Below are positions 10,366 to 23,960 of a stretch of DNA of 64,000 bases, in pieces (within the stretch, counting starts at the first letter, position 1; each line of letters begins with the position of its first letter). The notes under the pieces are model-generated. The model worked only from the letters and a program-made list of their open reading frames with translations. It ran no database searches and had not been told where the DNA came from. The stretch covers positions 3,100,001-3,164,000 of the forward strand of contig NC_087454.1 in assembly GCF_036321535.1 (NCBI RefSeq), given 5' to 3'. The position numbers and the translations under genes were made by a program. The DNA is from Camelus dromedarius (lineage: Eukaryota).

Positions 10366-11311
10366 ACCTCTAGTAACTTTTTTAAATCACAAGAATTGTA
10401 GGTAGATTTTCAGGTAAACAGTTGAAAGAGATGACCTCTAAAGTCTTTTCCTTGTGTTTTACCAGTAATTTCACCTCTTCGGTGTCCTGTCTACTTGTAA
10501 GTAGATAATGTGGCACAGCAAAGTAGCCTCAAAAATTCAGTGAAGGAGGAAAAAGAAACAGTTTTCTTGTTTCATGAACCATCAACTGGACTGAAAATGC
10601 ACGTGATGAGGAGGCTTATCCATCGGGCTTCCTGTGACACGTGGGGAGGCTGCCAGGGTACTTAGTTCTTTCACGGACAGCCTGCCCTTCATTTGTTTGT
10701 TTAATTTAGCGTCATGATATTTAGCACAGAGATGTCTGTGTTTCTCTCAAGATCCTGTCTTTCCTGCAAAAAGGAAGGTTTTGTTCTTAAATGTCAGCAA
10801 AACATTTTTTGGCCGAATATTCAGTTCCTTTCCCTCGCGTCTCCATGTGGGAGAAAACTCACTTTCTCAATCATCGGTGACCTCCCCCTCCCCAAATTCC
10901 TGGCTTGTCCTCCAGGATTTTCCCTCCCGCGCCAGCTGTCCCTCTGCTGACTTCCTTCCCAGTCACTGTGGCCACCGCACATAAAACTATGTTTCTCGTC
11001 TTCCTTCTCTCCTTCTTGGAGAGGTTGTTCATTTCGCTCTGCTGCTCGCTGTTGGAATGTGCCACCTGCTTTTCCAGGTCCTTGGTAGCAGAGGATGTGG
11101 CCCAGGTGGGTCATTTGTCACTCAGATGTTTTTAGATGATGACTCTACTGTTGGTCTTATGGGAATTGGTCTAAGACTATTAAAAGTGGGACTGCACGAG
11201 ATAGTTGGCATTCAGAACATTTTGTCCACGAAACAAGGAGGAGTTTTGAGAAACTGGCGAGTTTGCTCTCCTGCAAGCTGGAATCTGTGTGCAGCATCCA
11301 GGCGGTGGGGT

Positions 11312-11712
11312 TGTGTTAGTGTGCTGCAGCTGCTGTAACAAAAGTCCTGCAGGCAGGGGGTAGGAGGCTCAAACAGCGGGAAGTTCACTTCCTCGCAGCT
11401 GTGGAGGCTGGACGTCCAAGATCAAGGCGTTAACAGGGTTGCTTTCTCTTGAGCCCCCTCTCCTTGGCTGGTAGATGCCTCCTTCTCCCTATGTCCTCAC
11501 AGGGCCATCCCTCTGGGCACGTCTGTGTCCCGATCTCGCCTTCTTTCGAGGACACCCATCCTGTTGATTCAACATCCACCTCAATGACCTCATTTTACTT
11601 CATTACTTCTGTGAATACTCTCCCTCCAAATTCAGTCACACTCTGAGGTCCTGGGGTCAGGACATTGGGACTTAAGCGTATGAATTGGGGAGGATGCAGT
11701 TCAGCCCCTAAT
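11312..11712 (-). mobile_element. MLT1 (MLT1B-like) MaLR solo LTR
   Basis: tgtgttagt..gctgctgtaacaaa..gtccaagatcaaggcg..cagtcacactctgaggt..cagttcagcccctaa. Confidence 0.8.
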
Positions 11713-13818
11713 GGAGTGAGACCTAATCCCATGTCAATGGGATTCAATGGAAACTTGCAACCAAGAATAACTCCCTTATAGGTTGGGACTAAGGATTAAA
11801 TGAAATTGCGTGTGTGGAGATTTTTGAAAACTCCAAACCCCTGCTAATAAGAATGGAGTGTCATTAGCATTGTTACATAACATATAACAGAGAGTGATTA
11901 TTATAATATAAAATGATAATGCTATTTGAAATGGCCAAATCCACGTGAGAACTGAAAGTGTTTGAACTGGTGATACCTTTTCCTGGAGCCCCAGGGAAAC
12001 GTGTGCGCACGAGGAGGCCATGGAGATGCCGGGACGGCGCGGGCAGCCAGCATCTTCACGTCTGTCCGGTTTTGAGCATCTCTAAGGAGGGGATCTTTTC
12101 CCTGAGAATGAAGTTTTTAATGCCAGATAAAGGACAAACTAAACAGTATCTGAAATGATGGACTGTCGTGGATTAAATGTTAGAAAAATGAGTGAAAGGA
12201 ACATTGTGCTCTTTGCTTAATAAGAGAAATCAGCACGTTTTACCAAACATCTCACCTTCAGTTATATGCCTGTTGTAACTATCACCGTGATAAGTAAGGT
12301 ACTAACACTGGAAAAGAACTTCTTAGAGTTTCCTAAATATACTTGAAATGTTTTCCTCGATGTTGTTCTGATCACGAGCTGTAGATGTGGGGGATTCTGT
12401 TTCTCCTGGTTTCGTTATCAGTAGAATTTTAGAAAATGTCTGCTTTAAAAGTTCAATCCCTTAATTTAGTCTCCTCTACTCCAAACAAGTCATTCATTAA
12501 CCTTTCATTGTAACAAGAGCTGGTGCATCTGAAGCCAATTAAATGTTTTACATTATTGCTCATTGTGAATAAACAGACAGTTTCCAGCCCTCCTTTCCCC
12601 AAACTGCTATAATTTAGGCATCGTGTAGCTAATTACACAGCTCTCGAGCCAGTGTTGAGAAGGATAAAAATCTTCCAAACACATCTGCTGTGGCCGCCTG
12701 TGCTGGGGACCCCGGGTGGAAAGGGGTCCCTCTGGGGGTGTTTGGGACTTGGATACTTGCTGAGTTAGGCAACTTGAAGCTGCTCGTAGCTTCCCTGAAT
12801 GGAATCTGGGACGCGTCTTAAAGGATAAGGAGTGGTAAACATTCTTTTTTCCTGTTTCAGAGTTCTACACGGGAAATACAGCCGCCTCTGACAGCAGTGT
12901 AGTCAGTTCTAGATTATCTGCGAAGACAGGTTTATTGGGTGGTAGTGTTCAGGCTCTGTATTTTCTCCCTCTTGCCCTCAGCATCAGGCTTTTGGCTATT
13001 TCATTTTTCCAGTCATCGCTCCGGAGTGCCCACAGGGGACAGAAATGCCAGGGTGAAAATCAGATCAGCCAAGTTAGCCACTTGACAGCGAGAAGTGTGA
13101 CGGAGCTTACGTCGCTCATCATCAGGCTGAGGGCGTTGCGGCCAGGTGTGTGTCTTCTCTGGGTTTCAGATTGCCTGAGGGAGGTCTCTGTTCACCTCTG
13201 CGTCCCCAGCAGCCGAGGGGCCCACTTACACTGGTCATCCGATCCGTGTCGTCTGAGTTGATGATTGAACTGGGTTTATGATCGATGGAATTTTTTTGTT
13301 TTCCGTTTCCGCAAAAAATAAAGTCGGCTTTGTCTTGCCTGGAACTCCTCAAAGCGGCTCCTGCTCCAGCTAGCACCAGCTCACAGCCACTTGTCAGGGT
13401 GAATCCCTGACTTTCTGTAGCAGGGGAGCAGCATCGAGACAAGGCTACGATGGCTGCGTTGAGGAGAGCGGCTTCTCTGTGAACCTGGGATAACCAGGAA
13501 CACCACTGAGCCAGGATGCCGAAGTCTGAACGCGGCGGTCACATCACAGCTGCACCCTGCCCTTCACTGGCTGTCCTCTAACCCGATTCCGACCAGAGTG
13601 AAAACCAGGGAACCAGGGAGGCTGGAGCAAACACCTTTTTTCAGAGTCAGGCATCTCAGGAGCAGAAAGAGGTGAGGCAGGTCAGGCCAGGCAGTGCTTC
13701 CCAGTGGCTTTACGAGGGAGGTGCGGCCACGTCGTTACTTCAGGAGATGCAAGCTGTGCCTGGGAGTGTGACTGAGGGCGGTGTGCGGGAAGGGAAGCGT
13801 GGCTGAGAGTGGAATTAG

Positions 13819-13907
13819 GGGGGCGGGTGCAGCTCAGGGGTAGAGCCAGTGCTCAGCATGCCCGAGGTCCTGGGTTCCATCCCCAGCACCTCCATTAGCC
13901 AATAAAA
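13819..13907 (+). mobile_element. Short camelid tRNA-derived SINE with 9-bp TSD
   Basis: The tRNA-like head is followed directly by aataaaa. TSD TGGAATTAG at 13810-13818 and 13914-13922. Confidence 0.85.
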
Positions 13908-15625
13908 GGGGGATGGAATTAGAAGGTTGATTTCTCATCGCTGCTCTACCGCCGGTCAGGTACGTGACCTCGGAGCAGGCGTTTCCTCTCACCCTCCACC
14001 TGCGCGGCCCTTAGGTGGGTGAGGTACACAGTTTGGTGGCTGATGATCGCTGCTCTTGAATTCTAAGCATCTGGAAAACTCGCAGCCCCAGGCTCCTCAC
14101 AGTGTTCCCAGTGTCTGCTGCACTCTCAGCTGCGGGATCTTCCTCCCTGTTTGGTTCCCTCCGGTGCGGGGACGTCATCTTTCGCAGATTTAGAAAACTG
14201 ATCCAGGCCGCTTACCTATGTCCGTGTGCGCCAGAATATCCTCGGTGAGGCCGTACGTTGCTCTTTTACTTTTGAAAACCGAGTCTGACTTGGGTTGCAG
14301 CACCACCTGCGTGGACGTCGGATGTGGCCGTGCCTGCATTTCCTGTGCATTTGTGCTGGTTTCCAGCCTTCTGCCCTCCCTTCCCTCTGCGTGGACGATG
14401 ATCCGGGGCGTCGGGGATTCTGGCAGAAGCAAACGCCAGCTGGCCGAGCTGAGGTGGCGCTTCTGGGGCCCGAGTCCCTTGCAGTGTGTTGTTCCGTGAA
14501 GGTGTGATTTCACACGACCCTTCGCGTCCACAGCTGTGCCGCCCGCCGTCATCCCAGAAGCCATAGGGTGTGTGGTCGGGTTCTCTGCCACTCGGCTGTG
14601 CTGCCCCCACACCCCCTCCTCGCCTCCGGGAGGCTGTTCCCTCCGGCCTGGGAGAGCGTGTGGAGCGGGGACACGTTCGGCTGCATTTCCTCCTGCAGCT
14701 TGAGAAAGAGGCCGGCGTGGAGGCTGGAGGAGGCTTCAGAGGAATGCCGCTTTCTCAGGGCGGCCGAGAGCCGCCTGTGATCTTGCGGAGGCAGAACTGG
14801 AGGAGGGAGGCAGCACATTGTAAACCGTCTTTCCCAGACACGCCAGGGGACGTCGAGGCCACCGCTCCAGCCCAGAGCAGGGCAGAGCCGGCGCTCGAGG
14901 TGGAGGCCTCCCGAGGACAGGTCTGCGCCAGTGCCCTCCAGTCTCTTCCCATCGCGGCCTGGCCAAGAGCAGGCCTGTCCGGCACCAGGTGGGGACTCGG
15001 GAAGGTACCCGCTACCGCGGTCAAGAGCACGGACTCTAGACAGGCCTGGAGCTCATTTCTGAGGAGGCAGGGCACTTCTGTTATGAGCCGTAGGAGCTGT
15101 TACTGGCTAGCTGAAAATTTTAAAAGGGAGCTGGAATGTATTAAAAGGACACATTAGTTCATGGAACCGGCGAGGCTCAGAAGCGGCGGGAACCAGGGTA
15201 GCTCTGCTTTCCAGAACAGCATCTCCATGATGCTGCGACTAAAATGACGTGAAGTGAAGCGTTTTCTGTGCTTGTGACATTTCAGCCTAGTCCCTGAGGA
15301 AGAGAGGTGAGTGGTCTGGCCTTGCACTTCCTGGGGGGTGAGTGGGGCTGGGGTGTGGTGATTAGCATACACAAGGTTGGTTCACCCAAGAAAATTGGGC
15401 TCCCCTCATGGAAGGAAGGGGTTGGGGCGTTGGGGAGACCCAGCCGACTTGTGTGTATGAGACAGATGAATGCCGCCAGGCAGGCTCCCAGCGTCTGAAT
15501 CTGCAGGAAAACCTCGCAGACTTGGGGAAGGCCTCGAGGACCCCAGCTCTTGTTAAGAAACCTAAAGGAAGTAGTCCACTGAAGAAATTGCCCCCATTTC
15601 TGGGGACATTAAGAAAGGTAACGCC

Positions 15626-16010
15626 AACATGGATGGACTTGGGGGGCATTACGCTAAATGAAAGAAGTCAGACAGAGAAAGACAAATTCCGTACGATCTC
15701 ACTTATATGTGGGATCTAGAAAATACACCTGACTAGTGAATGTGACAAAAAGAAGTGAACTCACCGACACAGAGAACAAGCTCGTGGTTCCCAGGGGGGA
15801 GGTGGGGAGGGGCAACACTGGACGGGGGAGTAAGAGGTACAAACTATTAGATACAAAATAAGCTACAAGGATGTCCTGTGCAGTATGGGGAACATGGCCA
15901 GTGTTTTATAGTAACTGTAAATGGAGCATAACCTTTACAAGTTGTGAGTCACTGTGTTGCACACCTGTAACGTATAATACAGTACAGCAACTGTACTTCA
16001 GTTAAAAACA
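15626..16010 (+). mobile_element. 5'-truncated L1 3' end with 14-bp TSD
   Basis: aacatggatggacttggggggcattacgctaaatgaaagaagtcagacagagaaagacaaa..ctgtacttcagttaaaaa. TSD AGAAAGGTRACGCC at 15612-15625 and 16036-16049. Confidence 0.85.
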
Positions 16011-16649
16011 TGTACGTATACACACGAGGAGGGGGAGAAAGGTGACGCCTGTGAGGCTATTAGCATGAGCCTGCGGGCAGCAAGTTCTCCTGATTTTCAG
16101 CTATTTAGTCCTGTTTTCTTAGCAGAGCCGTCATCCATGGGGTGGCCCTAACACATGTCAGTTTGCTCAGGATGGCCCCAGTTGCTGCCTTCATACCTTC
16201 CAAATTCACCCTGTCTCTGATTTCTCATTTTTAAAATCAAATATCATCATTATTGTTTGCATTAAAATAAGCCAGGCTGGGCTCGGCAGGCCTGGTCCTG
16301 TACTTGAGGCCCTGGCCCGATGTCCCCAGTGGTGTGTGAGTGCAGGGCCAGTGGGCAGAGTGCCTGGGGGGCTCGGAACCTGACTGCCAGTGCCCTGCCC
16401 TCCTCCCCATCCCTCTGGACACGCAGCCTCACCAGTAGCTTCAAGAGTGGCAGGCGAGGGGCTCCGCTGGGTACTCAGGGTCTGGTCTGCCTCGGCTGCT
16501 GTGCCCACCAGCCCCACCCCCGCCGCCGGAATTGTTTCGCTCCCCTCCATCCTAGACAGCAGACGGGCATGGCCCGCGACCCCAGCTGAACAGTCACAAT
16601 TTTTGCACAGAAATTTTGGGTTTAAGACAATAAGTCGTACAGACCTTTT

Positions 16650-16925
16650 CAGTGCCTGAAGCTATAGGATGTGAAACCGGGAACATTTGGTGGCCGTGTG
16701 TCTCGTACGTGGGACTTGAGAGTCAGCACACAGACAAGATAGAAAGAAGGAGGCAAATGCAGACTGAAGGGCAGGGTAACGTTTCATCTCCTGGGTGGAG
16801 TTTTTCCTGAGGCTCCCCCTTGGGTTCTACCAGCCACCTGAATATTTTTACAATAAATTAACCTTTTGCTGTTGTAAATTCGAGTTTAATTGCTGTCAGT
16901 TACCACCAGAAGAGCCTTATTCTAC
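16650..16925 (+). mobile_element. Old MLT1-type LTR 3' part
   Basis: aataaattaaccttttgctg..gagtttaattgctgtcagttaccaccagaagagcctt. Confidence 0.5.
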
Positions 16926-17053
16926 CTCCTGAGCTTAAAGCAGATTAAGAATAAGACAGCGAAGCCGATGCAGGCAACAGGGCGCCAGCTTGGTTTCTCC
17001 TAAGGTGGTTGGACTACCTGACTTGACGTCCCCATCCAAGAGGGCCGTTGTCA

Positions 17054-17143
17054 CCCGCCCCCCCCAGCTCCTCCCCTCCCCCCCAGCTCCCTCTCCCCCA
17101 GCTCCTCCCCACCCCCCACCTCTTCGCCTCCCCCCCAGCTCAC
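17054..17143. repeat. C-rich degenerate tandem repeat (CCCCCAGCTCC units), G4-prone on the minus strand
   Basis: Four to five cccccagctc units interspersed with C-runs. Confidence 0.8.
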
Positions 17144-18581
17144 CTGAGGGACCTGCGGGGTGGCTAACAGCAGGCATTCTCCAGCTGAGGTGGAAGCAGA
17201 GGAAAAAGCAAACTCCCAGTGTTTGAGGTCTTTTCAGAGATTAGCTCTGCCTCATCCAGAAATAAGGACCAGTCAGGAAATGACGCCCTCCAGAGGGACT
17301 TAGCTGTGGGCAGAGTGCGAGGTCAGAAGAGTTGCTCTACTGGGAATTTCTCTACAGATGGAAACACAGGACTGGCTGAACAGAGGGCACCTGGCACAAG
17401 TCTGAACTAAAGCCTTAATTGCAACTCTGGAGATGAATGGCCGCCAGGATTCAGATGGTCGCCTGGAGCGCCCAGGCCTGGGGTAGGGCTGGGACAAACA
17501 GTCCCGCTGGTCCCTGGGGTGCCCGCCGTCCTGACGGCCATGCCGGTTCCTGTTTGTCATCCTCTGAGTGCCCTCCCTGTGTTCTTGCTGGGATCAGTGA
17601 ACACGCGTCCCTGGCTTGTCCCTTCACCTCCCACCACTGCCTGAAGATCCCCAGTGTGTCCCGTCTGCCTAAGACCAGCCCCTCCAGATGGCGGGTGGCA
17701 CCGTTAATGCTTGCCGGTCACCTCTCTGACGAGGCTCAGGACCTGGGAAGGGTCTGCCCTGGGGGACAGTGCAGATTTAGGCCACAGACGTGGTTCCAGT
17801 GAGAACAGCCGTCTGTTGTAGTGGTTGGTCATTTAGGCAGTTGTGAAAGCAGCTGGTGAGAAAACACTCTGAAAGCCGGTGGACAATAGGCTAGCGGGGG
17901 AATCTGACTGTCACCATCCGTCTTTGGTGTTGCTCTGGGCATTCCAGAGTTTTCCACAGAGAGAGGCTAAAAGGCTAACTATGTATTTGAGGACCACCCC
18001 CCTGTCCTGGATGTGTGTCTGCTGTCAATGGCTTTGATTTTTCAACCCAGGATCACTTCTTTCCAGTTTTGCACATTTGGGTGTACACACTGCTGTTTTG
18101 GGTTTCAGATCTTCCTGAAAACTGATGCCTGCAGACGCCTAACCTCTCTGAGCCCTTTCTGCCGCCTACCTTCTCTGTGAATACAGTGCTCACAGCCTTT
18201 CAGAGACAGAGCTTTCGGAATTTGGCAGCAAAAACTTGATGGCACCCAGCACACTAGGGGTTACCTCCCGCAGCCGTGCCCAAGTCACGTTCCCCTGGTT
18301 GAGTGTGGTCAGGCCACCACCTTCGACCTAGAAGCTGGATGCACGACTCAAATGTTTACGTCCAGGACCCTCTTGGGGTCTGAGGTATCATCTCCCCCAC
18401 GTATATTGTACTGAGTCATAAAAAAGAAACTTTTTTTTTTAAAGACTATCCTTTGGCTCTTTCTGACTTGTAAGGGCTGAAAATGAGTCTGAAGTGTGTT
18501 CCTTTTCATCTCTTCTTCTAGGTAATCATTTTGCAAAAGCGGTTAGACATGCAGGTTCCCAGACAAGAAGGAGTAATTGGC

Positions 18582-18619
18582 GGGCTGAGGTGGAAGACGA
18601 GGGCTGAGGTGGAAGACGA
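18582..18619. repeat. Perfect 19-bp tandem duplication inside an L2-like fragment
   Basis: GGGCTGAGGTGGAAGACGA occurs twice in tandem. Confidence 0.85.
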
Positions 18620-19893
18620 GGATGAGGGTGATGTTTTTAAGAGAATAATGACCTTAGCTTTCGAGGGAGGCAGAAACGATCATTGGAGCTTACTTGTTCA
18701 ATTACGGTCATTTTGCAGTGGCCGTGCTCGGCGGTCACTGGTCTCTGGGATTGTACGTCCAATCCCGAGGGGTGATGCTGGCATCTCATGAAGAAACAAG
18801 GAGAGGGGACCAGGGAGATCGCAGAGGAACAAAGCTGGGGAGAAAATGTCCTGGCCTCTCTTAGGAATTTTATAGCAAGGTTTTGTTATTTCCTTGAAAG
18901 TGCGTTAGCCCCAGAACAGAATATCGATAAACACTGAGTCTGTGGAGACCGACCATCCATGTGGGTGTCCGAGGCCAGAGCGCTGACCCCCGCTGGAGGA
19001 GTTTCCCTCTTCCTCCCGAACTCACAGTATCTGGTCAGCGCGTGAAGACTTCCGGGTTTCACTGTAGTTATGGAGAGTCAGCACGCCACTGGGTTTTCTT
19101 AAAGCAGGGCCTACTTCTGTCTCACGATCAGTTAACTTTTTTCAGTTTCTCTACTTGTTACCTATCGCTGCGACATTATCCCGTATCCCGGGGGGCTTCT
19201 AAACTCTCGGAGGAGGTACAAGGCAAAAGTGTGAAATCCCTGGAAAAGAGCTAAATACGTGTTAAGTAAGCACGCAAGTCTCAGGGCCGTGTGTGCTCCC
19301 ACAGGAGGAGTTTTGCTGAGAGTGTAGGTGGGACCGCGTGGCATTTTGGAAGCCGCCCCTCATAGAGGCTCGTCCCCCAGAGGACTCCCTCTGAGCAGAC
19401 TCTCTGGTCCTAAGTTGTTTTTTGTCACCGATGGAATCTGTGAGGTGAGCAGGTAACTCAGCAGGAAGCCAGGTGGGAGTCAGTGAGTTCTTGGCTGCAC
19501 AAATTGGACCAGGGGGCCGAATGGCGATCAGCCTCCGGGGCCCAGGAGGAGATCCCAGGTGGGAGATGGGAGCAGCGTGGGGTCTGGGCGGGGCAGAGGA
19601 AGCCAGTGCTGGGAGGAATGCCTGGGCGTGTGAGCAGCGGGGAGCGCACCAGCCCAGGGGGCCTGGGAGCGAGGGGCACGCCTGACCTGGGGGCCCCGGA
19701 ACGAGGAATTAGGAAGCTGGCTTTGGTGACAGCAGAAAGCACGTGAGTCCTTGGGTGTGGGTTTGAGAGGATTCAGTGGGGGTCAGAAGATCGGTGGAGC
19801 CATCCGTGGAAGTGAGGGGGTATAATTAAATTGAGAAATTCGATAATGAGAAATTGAAGGAAGAAATGGCAGGATTTAGTGATACCTGTCAGG

Positions 19894-20079
19894 TAGGAGC
19901 CAGCTAACCTTTTCTGTAAAGGGCCAGACGGTAAATACTTTCATCTCTGTGGGCCGGTTTCCAGCTGGTCTCTGTCACTACCCTGCACTGTCACTGTCGT
20001 GGGAGAGCAGCTCGGACAGGACAGACAGGAGTGGGCGTGGCTAGATCTGGCCCAAGAGCCACAGTTTGCCAGCCCGTGA
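19894..20079 (+). mobile_element. MER58A-like hAT-Charlie element
   Basis: ttttctgtaaagggccagacggtaaatact..gggcgtggctagatctggccc..cagtttgccagcccc. Confidence 0.8.
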
Positions 20080-23000
20080 CAGAGGGCCGAAAAAGAAAGA
20101 CAATAAAACAGTTCGAGCCCTAGGAGGAGAAATAGGCACTGGCATAGACTGGTTACCTCCTGACCGAGATTTCATTTCACACAAACGAAATGGTGACGGA
20201 CGCATTCTTCTGAGACGCTAAACGGCCAGCATTGCCCAGTTCTGCTCCAGGTTGACCTCTGCTTCCACGGGGCCTCTGCCTGATAAACAGTTCCTAGCTG
20301 ACGTTATGCAGCTGATGAAAATGTCGCAGAGCAGTTTCAGCAAGCGTGTTGGCAAAGCGGACTGATGGCGGCAGAACAAGCTCAGCCCAGCTGTGTGCAG
20401 TCCACGTGGAGCTCAGGAAACGAGGGCCAGCCCCGGGGCGCAGGGGCCAGGAAAGTGCGTTCCTCCGGATAAGGAGAGGGGTGCAGGTAACTTGCGAGGG
20501 ACCGACTTTCCAGGGAGGTGCCGGTGAGTGCGAGAAGGACGTGTCAGAGGGCGGGGAGCCAAGCCTGGCGCTGGGGCTGGAAGGCAGTGGGACAGGAGGA
20601 GGTGGGCGGGGCCTTTACGTGGGTGGCGGCTGCAGGTTTCCAGAAAGCAGGTTACCGGGGACAGCACCGCCCACAATGCGGGGTCTGTGTGCTCCGGCCC
20701 AGAGCATGTGTCTGCTTCCCTGGGTGTCTGTACACACGCACGGTTTCTGGTTTACTTTCCTTTTACTCAAAATACATTCTGTGTCCTGACTTTGTTTTCT
20801 GATGCAACACAGAGCTCTGTCTGGCGGCGTTGACTCTAATTTTCACTTTACACTTTGCGAGGCCTGCCTGAGTGGGGCCGTGGACTCCAGGGGCCGTCTC
20901 CTGGGGAGACGGCCAGGAGCGGCGGTGAGCCCGGGGGGTGAGAGGGGAGGCAGAGGGCGGGTGGGTGGGTTGGTTTTTCTCTTTCCTTTTTAGGCAAAGA
21001 TTTTTGCCTCATTTCCATTTTTTTTTTTTTAAATTTGGTGGTTCGGTGGTTTTCTGAAGGGTGAAAGTTTTACTGCTCTGTTTTCCGTGAGGGCAGCTGT
21101 GTTAGGTGTTACCCGGGGAGGATCACGCTTGGTCCCTACCCCCTCCCTGTGTGACACCGGCCCGCCAGCTTCCTCGTGTGCACCCCTCACACAGCCGTGG
21201 TGCCAGAGCGGCCCCTTCTGCTCACACCTCCGTGCACTCACTCTGAACCCGTTTTTGGCCGCAGCAGCAGCCTGCTTTCCTCCTCGTGTTGAAGGTCTCG
21301 GGGGCCCCAAAGCAGTGGGTACAGAGCTCTGCACTTCGTCATGTTTGTGGGGAACGGAAGAATCTGAGCTGTTGGAGCATCAAGCCTGTGTCTCCTTCAT
21401 CTTTGTGATCCCCATGCTGAGGAGAGAGCCCAGACGTCACCCAGGTTTGCTGAGTGAGTCCGTGGGTGCGTAGACGATGGGACAGAGCCACGAGCCTGAC
21501 CTTGTGGGCCTGAATGGGTTCTGAACTCTGGTCCCAAGTCCTGCCACCATCCCCGTGTCCTTGTGGGGATTCACTGCCAGGGAGGCTGAACTCACAAAAC
21601 GAATATCCAGGTGATCAATGAGCTGCCGTCTGTTGATGGCCGGGCGAAGGTCCAGGAACCCCTCCATCTGTGCAGGGCTTTTTCATGGACGCCGACATGA
21701 GTTCTCCTGCTCCCGCTGCTCATCAGGGCTGGTGGGGGCAGGAGGGGCTGAGCCTAAGTTATCCTTGCCCCTGGCGCTGAGCTCGGAGAGGACTGGCGGG
21801 GCCGTTCACGCTGAGGACACACTGGGTGCGCTTCACGAAGGTGGAAATGTTCCCTGTGCCCACCCCGCACTGGCTGGACTCGCTGGTCAAAGCCGGGAAA
21901 GAAGTGGAAAAGCAGAGGGATGGGAACAATAACCAGAAAGAACAGTGGAAGCCGAGATGCAGTTTGTCCGCACGGGAGGGGGTTTAAGAAATCTTGGGAT
22001 TTTCTTGCCAATGAAAATGACGAGAATGAGGCAGCTGGGCTGCTGAGGAAAAAAAAAAAAACCCATAAATTACATTTAAATAACTTTCTACATACATATA
22101 AATCATGAAGTTACATAAAATCATTTTAATTTCATTGTGTCAACGTTAATAAAGTTTAATTTTCAGGTGCATATGCCTTAAGGCCTCAAGGCTACAAACA
22201 CAAAACAATCAGAAAGCTAATTAATCACAAATGGGCAACTTTCCCAAGTGACTCAAAGAACAGTTACAATTAAGAAATAATACCCTCTCTACAAAGTAGA
22301 ATAAAAATGTACAAATAGACAAGAAATGTAATTACCAGCCATAGAAACCAGAAAGGAAAAACGGGAGAGGCTCATTTTCTAGGCTAGGTAGTGTCTCCAA
22401 ACGTACTGGGGGGAAAACTGAGGCTCAGGGTCACTTCGCAGACCTGGGCCCTTCGTGGCCTTCTCTCTGTCTTCCTTGTCAGACTCACCTGCCTTTAGGC
22501 CACCACAGCTCGACTCGGACCTCTGTCGTGTTAACTGTGTCTTCCAGCCTTGAGAGACCTAGACGTCTGGTGAGCGTGCCTTTCGTTCCTCCCCCCGCCT
22601 GCTGAGAGCCCCAGGTAGAGAAGGGCGCGGCGTCAGGCTCGCAGGCGATGCGGGGGACTGCTCCCCGTGCCTGCGTGTCGGCGCATCAGAGCCTTCTGCG
22701 TGTTGGTTCAGCAAGTTTCAGATCCCTCTCAGTGAACGGTGCAGCCCTGCTCTCTTTCGTGGGGCGTCTTAAGAGACTTCAGCCAAGTGCTTTGCTGTCA
22801 TCCAATATGCTTTATCTGTGGCAGCTTTTGGCTGACCCACACAGTAATGCCACCACCAGGGACACTGAGAGTGGGGTATCAGTCAGCACTCTTAGTTTCA
22901 AGAGTCAGAAACCCGACTAGAGCAGAAACAGGGCTTTCGCGTGCTTATGTGAATAGGAGGCCCGTGGGGGTGGGCTGGCCTCTCATCCAGCTGGGTCCAG

Positions 23001-23451
23001 GTCGCACGGCGGGCGGGAGGCAGAGCTAGGGCCAAAATCTCCTTCTGGTCCCCCGACTCCCGGACCCCTCTGCTTCCATTACGGGTGCTACCTTCATGGC
23101 ACGAGGAGACAGGAAGGGCACGTCCTCCCTGGCGTCGCTGGAAGGTTGTTCTCACCCCCTTCTCAAGGCCTGCACACTCGCGTCCCTGAGGGACACCAGC
23201 AAAGGCACTGGCTTCTCACAAAGGAGGAACCGTTCCTCTGGACTCGCTTCATTCCACGCTGTGTCCTAAGCTTAGGTAGGCGATTTGTCCAGCAGTCGTG
23301 TGTCCCTCCGTTTATTCTGCAGATGACCTCTAGCGTTTCCTAGGTCACAGATGCTGTGCTGGGCATCTGGGATGCAAACGTGCTGAAGATACTGACAGTT
23401 GCAGATGAAGGACCTTCAAGCAGAAGGCTTGGGAAGTGTGCAAATATGATC

Positions 23452-23960
23452 ACCTTCATTTGTTCAGTCTTTTAATCAACACATATGTATTAAGCATGTG
23501 GCAGGTGCCAGGGACCGTGTTAGGTGTCCCTGGTGGGCATGAAAGAGAACACAAGTGCGAAATTGCACATAGCTCAGTGTGGCAGACGTATAGGGTACAC
23601 CACGGGGGGGATGGAACCAAGGGCCGTCACCAGTGTTGAGTCTTCAGATGCGATGGGGACCCCAGACAGGTTTGCCGCAAGAGAGCATCGTGGTGCGACT
23701 TGCATTCCAGGAGCTGCAGTTGGAGGTGTGTGTCGGGTCGGAGAGGGTGGGGACCAGAGGCTGTGGGAGTTGTTCCTGAGTGAGAGGACAGGCTGCTGCA
23801 CCAGGTGGCAGGCGTTGGGATGGAGAGAAGCTAGATTCCGGACAGCATCCCCAGCAACCAGCCTTGGTGTCTCCTCAGATGTGGGGAGGGAGGGAGGGAG
23901 CGGTCAGGACGGAGTCTGAGCGTCTGGGTGACCAGTGAGGTCACGGTGAGGTTTGGAGCT
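23452..23960 (-). mobile_element. L2 fragment, antisense
   Basis: ttcatttgttcagtc..tattaagcatgtggcaggtgccagggaccgtgttagg. Confidence 0.6.

Noticed and set aside
14190-15157. Cluster of overlapping 70-195 aa ORFs
   Set aside because: ORFs in several frames on both strands reflect stop-codon scarcity in GC-rich DNA, and there is no homology I can recognise.
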